Shown here piece by piece: positions 38,031 to 46,080 of a stretch of 64,000 nucleotides of DNA (position 1 is its first letter; each line of letters starts with the position of its first letter). A model generated the notes under the pieces. That model was not told where the DNA came from. It worked only from the letters and a program-made list of their open reading frames with translations, and did no database searches. Where the stretch lies: assembly GCA_964421085.1 (NCBI GenBank), contig CAYQVO010000014.1:3146-67145 (forward strand). Direction: 5' to 3'. The DNA comes from an uncultured Bdellovibrionales bacterium (GTDB lineage Bacteria; Bdellovibrionota_C; UBA2361; CAYQVO01). The position numbers and the translations under genes are program-made.

Positions 38031-38104
38031 CGGGGTGTAGCTCAGCCTGGTAGAGCGCACGGTTCGGGACCGTGAGGTCGGAAGTTCAAGTCTTCTCACC
38101 CCGA
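38031..38104 (+). tRNA. tRNA-Pro (anticodon CGG), CCA not encoded
   Basis: Folded by hand as a 74-nt cloverleaf. Acceptor stem is CGGGGTG/CACCCCG, D-stem GCTC/GAGC, anticodon stem CACGG/CCGTG, loop TTCGGGA, variable region AGGTC, T-arm GGAAG-TTCAAGT-CTTCT, discriminator A. Confidence 0.9.
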
Positions 38105-38114
38105 TATCGGAAAA

Positions 38115-38156
38115 GGGGACGGTTCCTATTTCCGTGAAGAAAAAGGAACCGTCCCT
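38115..38156. terminator. 12-bp stem hairpin between the tRNA-Pro gene and the convergent DUF922 gene (bidirectional terminator candidate)
   Basis: GGGACGGTTCCT (38116-38127) pairs with AGGAACCGTCCC (38144-38155). A T4 run follows on the reverse strand. Confidence 0.5.
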
Positions 38157-38170
38157 GAGCTATCCCGTTT

Positions 38171-38758
38171 TTACGGCCACTTTGCGCCCTGCAGCGCGCC
38201 ATGAATCGTAAGCCGATCGTACTCTTCGTCAGTTTGCCGGGCTTTCCGGATTATCCTGTGTGCCAGGCTGTTTGCCTCTTTTGCCGTGAGCTTTGGATTT
38301 GAAAGAGCTGCTTCCCTCAGGGCCGTCTCAATCTGCTTCTTGTGATGAAGCGCCTGATAAACATGCCCTGCCTCATGCTTCCGAAGGGCAGCCATGTACC
38401 TCTCCCACGACTGTCTTGCAGGATCTGATGCAGGAATGCCGGTTCGCCATTCGGGAAGATGAACAGTGATCGACGATGTTACCCTGACGTTCCTGATATC
38501 CGGCACATTGTCTCGAACCGGCCATTTCCAGTAAATATGCCACTCCGTGTAAGCGTCATAAACGCCTCCATCAGAACCTTGCGTTCCATGCTGTGTGAGA
38601 CAATTTCTGACCTCTTCAGGTGTGTTTCCCTCGACAGGAAAATACACCGCATAAACGCCGTCGATACTCTCGAAATTCTCACCGGATGCGGACGAAAGGA
38701 AAAGAAATGGTACCAGAAGGACCAGGACGATACTGCTGACAACTCTGCTGACTGACAT
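38171..38758 (-). CDS. DUF922-like secreted zinc metallopeptidase
   Basis: 195-aa ORF with a signal peptide and the HEAGHV zinc-binding motif. Confidence 0.65.
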   Translation of the reverse strand: MSVSRVVSSIVLVLLVPFLFLSSASGENFESIDGVYAVYFPVEGNTPEEVRNCLTQHGTQGSDGGVYDAYTEWHIYWKWPVRDNVPDIRNVRVTSSITVHLPEWRTGIPASDPARQSWERYMAALRKHEAGHVYQALHHKKQIETALREAALSNPKLTAKEANSLAHRIIRKARQTDEEYDRLTIHGALQGAKWP

Positions 38759-38775
38759 CGCACGTATGATGCGGA

Positions 38776-39369
38776 TTACTGGATTATGAATTCAGTAAAA
38801 TAAACAGCGACCACTGAAGGTTCGGGAAAATCGAGCGCAGTGTTGATAGCCTCCACCAGTTCTTCTTTCAAGGAACTCTTGCCTTGATTGGTAAGTAGAT
38901 CTTCTGCCCGCTTGGAGGAGAGAACCTGGATAACTGCGTCACGAACAAGAGCTTCCTTCTCCTTCATCTCGGCTGGAAGCGCCGTGGGATCGGCAGGCGC
39001 ACCATGTCCCCCGCTGCCTCCGCCGCCATGCCCTGAACCTCCGCCTGCCCCGCCCTCTGTGGGCAGAAGATTGGGGTCATATTCGAGGAGCAGAGTTGTT
39101 TTGAGAAATCTCTTCGGATCAGACAGGTTGACGATGAACGTATCGAGCTTGGCGCGTTTGTACACGACCTCCGGAATTACTTCCTGCTCATGCGCAGCTT
39201 CGTCGCCATCGCTTCCTCCCATAAGCATGAGCGGGAGCCCGATGCCGAGCACGAGAAGCAGGACGCCCGCGGTCGCAAAAATGATGATCTTCTTTTTGTT
39301 CCGGCCGGATACGCCTTCCGCAGGTTTTTCCGTACCTTCTTCCTGTTCGTCTTTTTCCCTGATAGCCAT
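38776..39369 (-). CDS. fliL: FliL-like basal-body-associated protein with a Gly-rich insertion
   Basis: 197-aa ORF with an N-terminal TM (IIIFATAGVLLLVLGIGLPLML). FliL-pattern segments are LDTFIVNLSD, KTTLLLEYD, VRDAVIQVLSSKRAEDL, LKEELVEAIN and VYFTEFIIQ. Confidence 0.65.
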   Translation of the reverse strand: MAIREKDEQEEGTEKPAEGVSGRNKKKIIIFATAGVLLLVLGIGLPLMLMGGSDGDEAAHEQEVIPEVVYKRAKLDTFIVNLSDPKRFLKTTLLLEYDPNLLPTEGGAGGGSGHGGGGSGGHGAPADPTALPAEMKEKEALVRDAVIQVLSSKRAEDLLTNQGKSSLKEELVEAINTALDFPEPSVVAVYFTEFIIQ

Positions 39370-39566
39370 ATAGGTCTCTCAGCCTCTGGAGGCTGCCCGT
39401 ATTAAATAGAGTGTTTTAAGCTTCCAGAGATTTGAATCGGCGCTTTTGAGAAAAACCATTAGTAGAATCAGCAGCAAAAGGGTGCCGCAATTTACTCCAT
39501 AATGTTGAAGTCCGGGCAGAAATATTATAGTGTTTTCAGACAATTAAAGCGCCTGTTTATTTCTGT

Positions 39567-40820
39567 ATGATGAGAGTTCTCCTCCTTGCGCCCCAGCCTT
39601 TCTTTCAGGAACGGGGCACTCCTATAGCTGTGAAGCTTGCAAGCGAAGTCCTTGGCTCACGGGATGATGTAGAACTCGAGGTCCTGTGTTATCCGGAAGG
39701 TGAACGGACGGCGGTTCCTCAAGTTCTTATCCGCCGATTCCGAACGCCTGCGTTCCTCCGCGGCGTGGGCCCGGGGGTATCCTGGAAGAAAGTCATCCTG
39801 GATATCTTCATGCTTTGTTCTCTTGTCCGGCTTTTGTGGAAACGAAGGCGCAATCAGTACGATCTCATCCATGCTGTCGAGGAATCCGTCTTTATGGCGC
39901 TCCTTGTCCGACTCCTCACGGGGATTCCCTATATCTACGATATGGACTCGTGTATTTCTGCTCAACTTGTCGCCCGATGGCCTCGTCTGCGGTTTCTCTC
40001 TCCGCTTTTCGCAAAAATGGAATCACTTGCCGTAAGAAAGAGTATGGCGGTCATCGCTGTATGTCCTTCCCTTGTCGACGCTGCCCGCGCAATGGGAGCT
40101 CCGGAAGTTTTTCTTCTTTCTGATGTCTCTCTGCTTGATCTTTCGAAGCAGGATACATCGAAGTCCTTCCGGCTCCGAAAAGGATGGGGAGCAGAGCCGG
40201 ACGACGTTCTCATTCTTTACGTGGGAAACCTCGAGCCGTACCAGGGGATGGATCTTCTTATCGAAGCGTTTGGCCGATGCATAAAGCGTCAGCCGCGGGT
40301 GCGTCTCGCAGTAGTCGGCGGACGCGACGGACACATTGAACACTACCGGAAGAAATGCGAAGAAGAAGGCTTTGCAGACAAAGTTCACTTTGCGGGCGCC
40401 CGCCCTCTTTCTGAACTTGGCACTGTCCTTTCACAGGCTGACATTCTTGTTTCTCCCCGCATCACGGGCACAAACACCCCGATGAAAATCTACTCCTATC
40501 TTCACTCGGGAAAACCGATTGTTGCCACCAGTCTTCTCACTCACTCCCAGGTGCTGGACTCTTCGACCGCAATGCTTGCCGATCCTTCTCCTGAGGCTTT
40601 TGGAAAGGCGCTTTCAGAGCTTGCGGCTGACGTCCGGCTTCGCGAGGCTCTCGGTGAAAAGGGCCGCCGGTATGCGGAAGAGCGGTTCACCTTTTCCGCG
40701 TTCAGTAATGACCTTAATCAGATCTATTCAAGGATTCGGACTCTGTTGCGACAACAGGGGGTTTGCCGTTCTTCTCGATCGGGAGGTGCCGGCAGGAATG
40801 GACACGCTTGTGACAACTGA
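39567..40820 (+). CDS. Glycosyltransferase, GT4/GT-B family
   Basis: 417-aa ORF with the C-terminal GT1/GT4 pattern (LVSPRITGTNTPMKIYSYLHSGKPIVAT). Confidence 0.75.
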   Translation: MMRVLLLAPQPFFQERGTPIAVKLASEVLGSRDDVELEVLCYPEGERTAVPQVLIRRFRTPAFLRGVGPGVSWKKVILDIFMLCSLVRLLWKRRRNQYDLIHAVEESVFMALLVRLLTGIPYIYDMDSCISAQLVARWPRLRFLSPLFAKMESLAVRKSMAVIAVCPSLVDAARAMGAPEVFLLSDVSLLDLSKQDTSKSFRLRKGWGAEPDDVLILYVGNLEPYQGMDLLIEAFGRCIKRQPRVRLAVVGGRDGHIEHYRKKCEEEGFADKVHFAGARPLSELGTVLSQADILVSPRITGTNTPMKIYSYLHSGKPIVATSLLTHSQVLDSSTAMLADPSPEAFGKALSELAADVRLREALGEKGRRYAEERFTFSAFSNDLNQIYSRIRTLLRQQGVCRSSRSGGAGRNGHACDN

Positions 40821-40873
40821 TGCGAAAACTCTTTCGGAGGAGTTTTGCAGAAGCGCGGCATCCAGAAGTGTAA

Positions 40874-41770
40874 TTAATTCTCTTCTGATCGATCTTCCAT
40901 CTCTTTACAGAGACAGCATGACTCCGGCGGAACAGGATCCGCTGCTGAAACAGGTGCAGACATGCAATCTGCTGAGTTTGTCCGGATGATACCTTCAGAA
41001 TCGTTTTTCACTGCCCGTACATACTCAACACGCGACAATACAAAAGCGGCTGCATGCTCCACCCGCAGCGCCCTTTCCCCGAGCGAAAGAACTTCAAAAC
41101 CATGCTCCGCGAAGTCGTCGATTTCCGCCGGAAGCCATCCCGACTCAGGGCCGATTGCGAGGATCGCGGTCTGTTCACTTCGCACACTGATTCTGCCCTG
41201 CCCTTCCGCCATATGGAGTACGTAACGTTTCGAGCCGGCATAGTCGGTGTCGAGCGAAGGAAGAAGTCTCTTCTTCACCTTCCAGTACTCGTCATGAATA
41301 TGGACTGATGGCGGAATGCAGTCATATGCCTGCTCGAGTCCTTTGATGATCTCATGGCGGATCTCATCTTCCTTCAGCGCTTTTGTCTGTAGGTAACTCT
41401 TCTCAACCCGGCCGCTTCTGATGAAATGAACCTCCAGCACGCCCAATGTCGAAGCGAGCTGAAGAATTTTTTTTATCGTCTGCGGCCGTGACAGGGCGCA
41501 GATAAGGACTGCACGGGTTCTGGCGGGAGGGGAGCTGTCGAGATCAAGTTCCATTTGAACTTCGTTTCTTGAAGCTGAAAGGATTCGGGCATGTCCCCGC
41601 ATACCTCCCAGAACCGCCGCTCTGCACTTGACCCCGGGCCTGAGTTCGTGGGTGTCGTACATATAAACGGCGCGCGCTCCCCCGATTACAGCTTTTTTCT
41701 CCGAAATCTCTTCTGGAAGCACGATTACGCAGTTCATAAAGTAATTAAATGATACCGGGTGTATTGCCAT
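40874..41770 (-). CDS. rsmE: 16S rRNA (uracil1498-N3)-methyltransferase RsmE-like
   Basis: 298-aa ORF with the SPOUT/RsmE pattern (LICALSRPQTIKKILQLASTLGV, AIGPESGWLPAEI, LGERALRVEHAA). The likely start is the internal ATG giving MNCVIVLP. Confidence 0.7.
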   Translation of the reverse strand: MAIHPVSFNYFMNCVIVLPEEISEKKAVIGGARAVYMYDTHELRPGVKCRAAVLGGMRGHARILSASRNEVQMELDLDSSPPARTRAVLICALSRPQTIKKILQLASTLGVLEVHFIRSGRVEKSYLQTKALKEDEIRHEIIKGLEQAYDCIPPSVHIHDEYWKVKKRLLPSLDTDYAGSKRYVLHMAEGQGRISVRSEQTAILAIGPESGWLPAEIDDFAEHGFEVLSLGERALRVEHAAAFVLSRVEYVRAVKNDSEGIIRTNSADCMSAPVSAADPVPPESCCLCKEMEDRSEEN

Positions 41771-41815
41771 GCGCAGTATAGGACATTAGATTATAATGTG
41801 AAAATCGGCACAGAA

Positions 41816-42169
41816 ATGGCAAAGGTTCACAAATTGGACGTTCCCGTAAAGAAAGTGAGAAAGATAAATCCTCTTGGTTACCGCGTCCTTATCTTGCTTC
41901 TGGACGAGAACGACATGACGGAAGGCGGACTGTACCTCCCTGAAGGCGCCAAACAGGCGATGAACGAAAGCCTTCTTGCGAGGGTAATTGAAGTCGCAAG
42001 CGCCATGGATCAGGATAGTGACGAAGAGCACAACATAAGCGGCATACCGCTTGGCGCAACAGTTCTCATTGCCAGGAACACGGGAACAAAAGTGCCCTGG
42101 GACGACAGGCTTCGAATCGTCGCTTCAAAGGACATTCTTGCGATAGTGGAAGAAGTGGATCTCATATAG
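41816..42169 (+). CDS. GroES (Cpn10)-fold small protein, stand-alone
   Basis: The ORF track starts at GTG 41759; the ATG at 41816 gives MAKVHKLD. The pattern PLGYRVLILL...TEGGLYLPEGAK...GATVLIARNTGTKV...IVASKDILAIVE follows GroES. No groEL lies downstream. Confidence 0.55.
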   Translation: MAKVHKLDVPVKKVRKINPLGYRVLILLLDENDMTEGGLYLPEGAKQAMNESLLARVIEVASAMDQDSDEEHNISGIPLGATVLIARNTGTKVPWDDRLRIVASKDILAIVEEVDLI

Positions 42170-42181
42170 TGTCGCGCATTA

Positions 42182-43180
42182 ATGGGGCTGATTCCCGCCG
42201 ATATAGATGAAATCCGGGTGGCTGTCGTCGGGATGGGCAAGATGGGCAATGCACATCTTCTTGGGCTCCGGGAACTGTGCGCGGGCAAGTGCGAAGACTA
42301 CTACAAGGGCAATGTGTGTGAGCTTGCACACAGGCTGAAGATCTGCGGACTCTGCGACAGAAGCTGGAGCAGCAGACTGTCCTACAAGGACTATAATCTC
42401 TTCACGTCTCCGGAAGTCCTGATCAGGGAGGCCAGACCGCATCTCGCTGTCATATCGACTCCGACAAAGACTCATTTTGAACTCGCTGAACAGTGTCTTT
42501 CTCACGGCATTCATACGCTCGTTGAAAAGCCGGTCACGACCACGTGCGCAGAGCTTCGGTTCCTTCTTGATCTCGCGGAGCAGCGCGAATGCCGCCTGAT
42601 GGCCGGGCACGTTGAAAGATACAATCCGGTTTCTATCAAACTCGTTTCGCTTCTGAGCCCGCTTCGCCCTCCTTTCGCCTATTCTTTCATTCGGACACAG
42701 AAGAGGCCGGAACGGATTCCTGACGATATCGTCACAGACAAGATCATTCACGATCTCGATCTCTCTCTGTGTTTTTTCGGGCCGGTAAAGGATGTTGTTC
42801 TCGTCGACGTGAAAAAGGTGGACAATCTGATTTGCGAAGCATGCGTCGAACTTTCACACGAAAACGGAAGCTGCGGGACGGTGCTCGTGTCGTGGCTTGT
42901 AGAGCGAGACGTTGTCAGGCGGCGTGTGTGTATTGAGAACCGGGATCATTCGTTCGAAGGCGACTTTTCGCGGAAGCGTCTTTTTGTCGATGGACAGGAG
43001 ACTTCCTGCGCAGTGGAAGGCATGAGCCGACCTGCGAATAACCAGATCAAAGACGAGCTCGTGGACTTTCTGGCGTATTCTTCCGAATGGCCGGGTCCCG
43101 GTCCCAGATTCGCGCCGCTGCTGTCCGTGGAGGAAATTATCCAGGTAGCCGAACTTATCGAAAAAATAAACACCGGCTGA
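42182..43180 (+). CDS. Gfo/Idh/MocA-family NAD(P)-dependent oxidoreductase
   Basis: 332-aa ORF with the Rossmann motif VAVVGMGKMGNAH and the EKP motif (LVEKPV). Confidence 0.75.
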   Translation: MGLIPADIDEIRVAVVGMGKMGNAHLLGLRELCAGKCEDYYKGNVCELAHRLKICGLCDRSWSSRLSYKDYNLFTSPEVLIREARPHLAVISTPTKTHFELAEQCLSHGIHTLVEKPVTTTCAELRFLLDLAEQRECRLMAGHVERYNPVSIKLVSLLSPLRPPFAYSFIRTQKRPERIPDDIVTDKIIHDLDLSLCFFGPVKDVVLVDVKKVDNLICEACVELSHENGSCGTVLVSWLVERDVVRRRVCIENRDHSFEGDFSRKRLFVDGQETSCAVEGMSRPANNQIKDELVDFLAYSSEWPGPGPRFAPLLSVEEIIQVAELIEKINTG

Positions 43181-43240
43181 CACACGGCAGTGAACCCGCC
43201 AGCTCACAAAGCGTTTCTCCGTGTAATGCCGGTTGAAACC

Positions 43241-44065
43241 TCAGGCACCCTGATTCTGCTTGAAACAAGGAGTCCCCGGATTACGTTGCGCAGTGGATAT
43301 GCAGTCGCAAACGAAACGGAGAAAAGCGCGTTGCAGAGGAGTTTGACGAACTCGCTCGACTTCATCCGAAAATGACGCAATCGGGGGAGCTGAAGAGAGA
43401 AAATCTTCGAGCATCACAAACTCCGTCCGGCTGACTGTGCCCGGATGAATACATATGGTAATGGAACCGATCGGCAGCCATTTCGCCCATTTTGTCCGCC
43501 AGAACTGCTGGGGAACGAAGATGAGGCCCTCTTCTTTGTACGGGAAAAGTGAAATCCCGTCTGATACCGCCGTGAAACCCGCCAGCTTCAAGGCCCGCAG
43601 CGTATTCAGATCGTAAGAATGTCTTGGAGCGATCCACCATGAGGTGTCGATCCCTTCATCCATCAGGATTTCTCTGCCGGCCCGGATCCTTCTCAGCTGT
43701 TCTTCGAACGGTTTGCCGACGAATTCCGTTTTGTCGCTTTTTCGCTGGTGAAGTCCCTGATCGATTGAGGAACCGGGGTTGGTGAGCACATGCGTGTATC
43801 CGTGCTGCGCAAATTCCGCCAGGTCCTGCGTCCGGAGTTCCCGCATTTTCCCCCAGAATCTCGGATTGGCCTCGTCGAAGCTCAGAGCAGGATCTTCGTT
43901 TTTCGGCACAATTCCGAGTAAAGGTTTCACCCCGAAGCGGCTGAACAATCCCATCAGCGTGTCGAACTGCCTCCAGTCCATTGTCTCTGTGATATCGTCA
44001 AGGCGAAACAGGCAGCGGCTTGTTATCATACTTGCATTTCCCTTTAATCCCGTTAAGTGCCGCAA
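43241..44065 (-). CDS. DUF2334 / polysaccharide-deacetylase-like protein
   Basis: 274-aa ORF with FRLDDITETMDW, GIVPKNED and QHGYTHV. The likely start is the internal ATG giving MITSRCLF. Confidence 0.65.
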   Translation of the reverse strand: MRHLTGLKGNASMITSRCLFRLDDITETMDWRQFDTLMGLFSRFGVKPLLGIVPKNEDPALSFDEANPRFWGKMRELRTQDLAEFAQHGYTHVLTNPGSSIDQGLHQRKSDKTEFVGKPFEEQLRRIRAGREILMDEGIDTSWWIAPRHSYDLNTLRALKLAGFTAVSDGISLFPYKEEGLIFVPQQFWRTKWAKWLPIGSITICIHPGTVSRTEFVMLEDFLSSAPPIASFSDEVERVRQTPLQRAFLRFVCDCISTAQRNPGTPCFKQNQGA

Positions 44066-44792
44066 GGATTCGTCCGATTCGATTTCCGGCGATGATACCC
44101 GTGTATTCGATTACTTCCCGGCCGCCGAACTCCCGCTTGAAGCGGGCAATGGAGTTTCGCTCCGGATCTGAATCGTCAATGGGCAGGCCGCCCAGGTCAT
44201 AATGCAGGTAGCCTGCACGTTTGAACTCCGCCATCTCCTGCCAGTGGAGCAGCCGGTTCGCCCTTCCGATTGCGTTTCGATCCGTGCTTTCGGACAGGCT
44301 GCGGAAGTGAGAGGCTGAATAAAGGAGGCGCACCCGCTTCAGACTGCGGTCGCACACCCACGCATGGGCGGCAAGCACATTGCCGTCAGGCGCCTCGACA
44401 GAAGTGAGCGACAGGGCACGCTCGCCGTCCAGTGCTGAAAGCTTTTTCCGGTTGCAGAGCGGGAACTTCTTCTGCATGGCGAAATCATCGAAGTAACCGG
44501 CGAATGAGGCGATCTTTTCCTGATCAGGCTTCAAATCGACCCTGACCACGAACCCTTCACGCTCCGCCCGGCGAATTTTGTATCTGGTGTTGGATGACAG
44601 ATCGCCGAAAATCATATCCTCGTCACGGGACAGGTCGACGATGGCAGTCTTAAACGGGCGCATGCCTTCAGCTCTTTCACCGGCCTGAACGAAAAAAATA
44701 ATCGTCGCGTTCCGGTCGATTATCGAAAGATCGAGCGCGAAAAAGATCTCCTTGATGGGAATTCCGTATTTTGTTCTGTTAACGGCAATCAC
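43998..44792 (-). CDS. FemAB-type GNAT acyl/aminoacyl-transferase (short form)
   Basis: 264-aa ORF with NTRYKIRRAEREG, LLYSAS, LLHWQEM and ARFKREFGG, the pattern of FemAB/lipid II peptide-bridge transferases. Confidence 0.6.
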   Translation of the reverse strand: MIAVNRTKYGIPIKEIFFALDLSIIDRNATIIFFVQAGERAEGMRPFKTAIVDLSRDEDMIFGDLSSNTRYKIRRAEREGFVVRVDLKPDQEKIASFAGYFDDFAMQKKFPLCNRKKLSALDGERALSLTSVEAPDGNVLAAHAWVCDRSLKRVRLLYSASHFRSLSESTDRNAIGRANRLLHWQEMAEFKRAGYLHYDLGGLPIDDSDPERNSIARFKREFGGREVIEYTGIIAGNRIGRILAALNGIKGKCKYDNKPLPVSP

Positions 44793-44874
44793 AAAAGCGA
44801 CACCTCCATATCTCCTCCGGCCTCAGTCCGTCCATGAGATCAGTTCTATGTTTTCTCACCTCGTCTCTCCACCA

Positions 44875-46011
44875 TCAGGCCGCTTCATGTTGAAGTCCGG
44901 AAAGGAAGGCATCCCTTTGTTTCAGCTTCTGCATGCAGATCCAGGGGAAAAGCCTGCTTCGGGTCACTATCGCCGAGAAGCGAAAGGTCTCATGCCTGTG
45001 GGTCGCCCAGTCGACTTTGTGCCGGGGCTCACCATGACTGGGATGCATTGCCAGGAGGTCGAAATCGTCGAACCCGAGCCCGAAATGGTGCTTGAACATT
45101 TCCGCCTGAAGCAGCACCCCTGGAGATACGGCCTGATATTCCTGGTCAAATGCGATTTCTCTTTCGTAAACGTGGCGGCCATGTGTAAATACGAGCGAAC
45201 CCGCCATGTCCTGCCCGTTCGCCGACCATATGAAGATGTGCGCGCTCGAAGATTCAGACAGCTCGCGGCACAGGGATCTGTAAAACTCGACGCGGCGGGG
45301 ATTTGAAACCAGGGCAATACCTTGAGCAAGTTTACGGCTTTTCTTTTCTATTTCGCCGAACCGGCTCAGCCCATCCTTTGTTACCGACTCCCCCGAATAA
45401 ACGATCAGCTCGGGAAAACCTGCTTTTCGTTCGGTAGCTCTCATGTGCCGCCGGAACAGACGCTGCACGCCGGGCGGTCTGGATTCGAAATATTCTTTGA
45501 AACTTCCCCGGAGGGAAACGGAGTAGCCGATTCTGTCCCGCTCGAGGAAACAGGAATACCGGGGACTTCCGGCGAATGGAGGAAATTGCTTTTTCAGTTC
45601 CATCTGATCCATCTCTGCAAGGTGAAGCACCTGCCACCGTCCCTTTTCGTGTTCGAGAAGGGTCTGCAGAGCCTTCCATACATAGTGGAGACTTATGGCA
45701 GTTGACACCCCTGGGCGGTCGCCTTCGCGGCACCCAAGCAACTCGGCTGCGACATACGAAATTCCCGCGTGCTTTTTTTTTGAAAAACAGAGAGGAACCA
45801 CTCCGACAAGATCGCCGTTCCTCCGGAGTGTGACGATAAAGATCGAATCTGACGGCCGGAGCAGAAAACGGCATGTGTTCAGGATAAACTCATAACTCGA
45901 AAAGAAAGAAAGCTGCGGATTTTGCGCGTGCAGAGCTTTCCACTCCGCCTCAATGCCGGGTATCTGGTCGGGTTCCGTGATAGCCCATGCCGCCAGGTTC
46001 TGCTCATGCAC
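44875..46011 (-). CDS. FemAB-related GNAT-fold protein (paralogue 2)
   Basis: 378-aa ORF with the N-terminal EWKAL...FFSSYEF pattern and a C-terminal acceptor domain. It contains an A9 tract (plus-strand T9 at 45773-45781). Confidence 0.55.
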   Translation of the reverse strand: MHEQNLAAWAITEPDQIPGIEAEWKALHAQNPQLSFFSSYEFILNTCRFLLRPSDSIFIVTLRRNGDLVGVVPLCFSKKKHAGISYVAAELLGCREGDRPGVSTAISLHYVWKALQTLLEHEKGRWQVLHLAEMDQMELKKQFPPFAGSPRYSCFLERDRIGYSVSLRGSFKEYFESRPPGVQRLFRRHMRATERKAGFPELIVYSGESVTKDGLSRFGEIEKKSRKLAQGIALVSNPRRVEFYRSLCRELSESSSAHIFIWSANGQDMAGSLVFTHGRHVYEREIAFDQEYQAVSPGVLLQAEMFKHHFGLGFDDFDLLAMHPSHGEPRHKVDWATHRHETFRFSAIVTRSRLFPWICMQKLKQRDAFLSGLQHEAA

Positions 46012-46080
46012 GATATTTCTCCTGTTGATTGACGGAAAGGTTTCTATGCCACGGATGTCCGCCCAAAATAATGATAAAGA

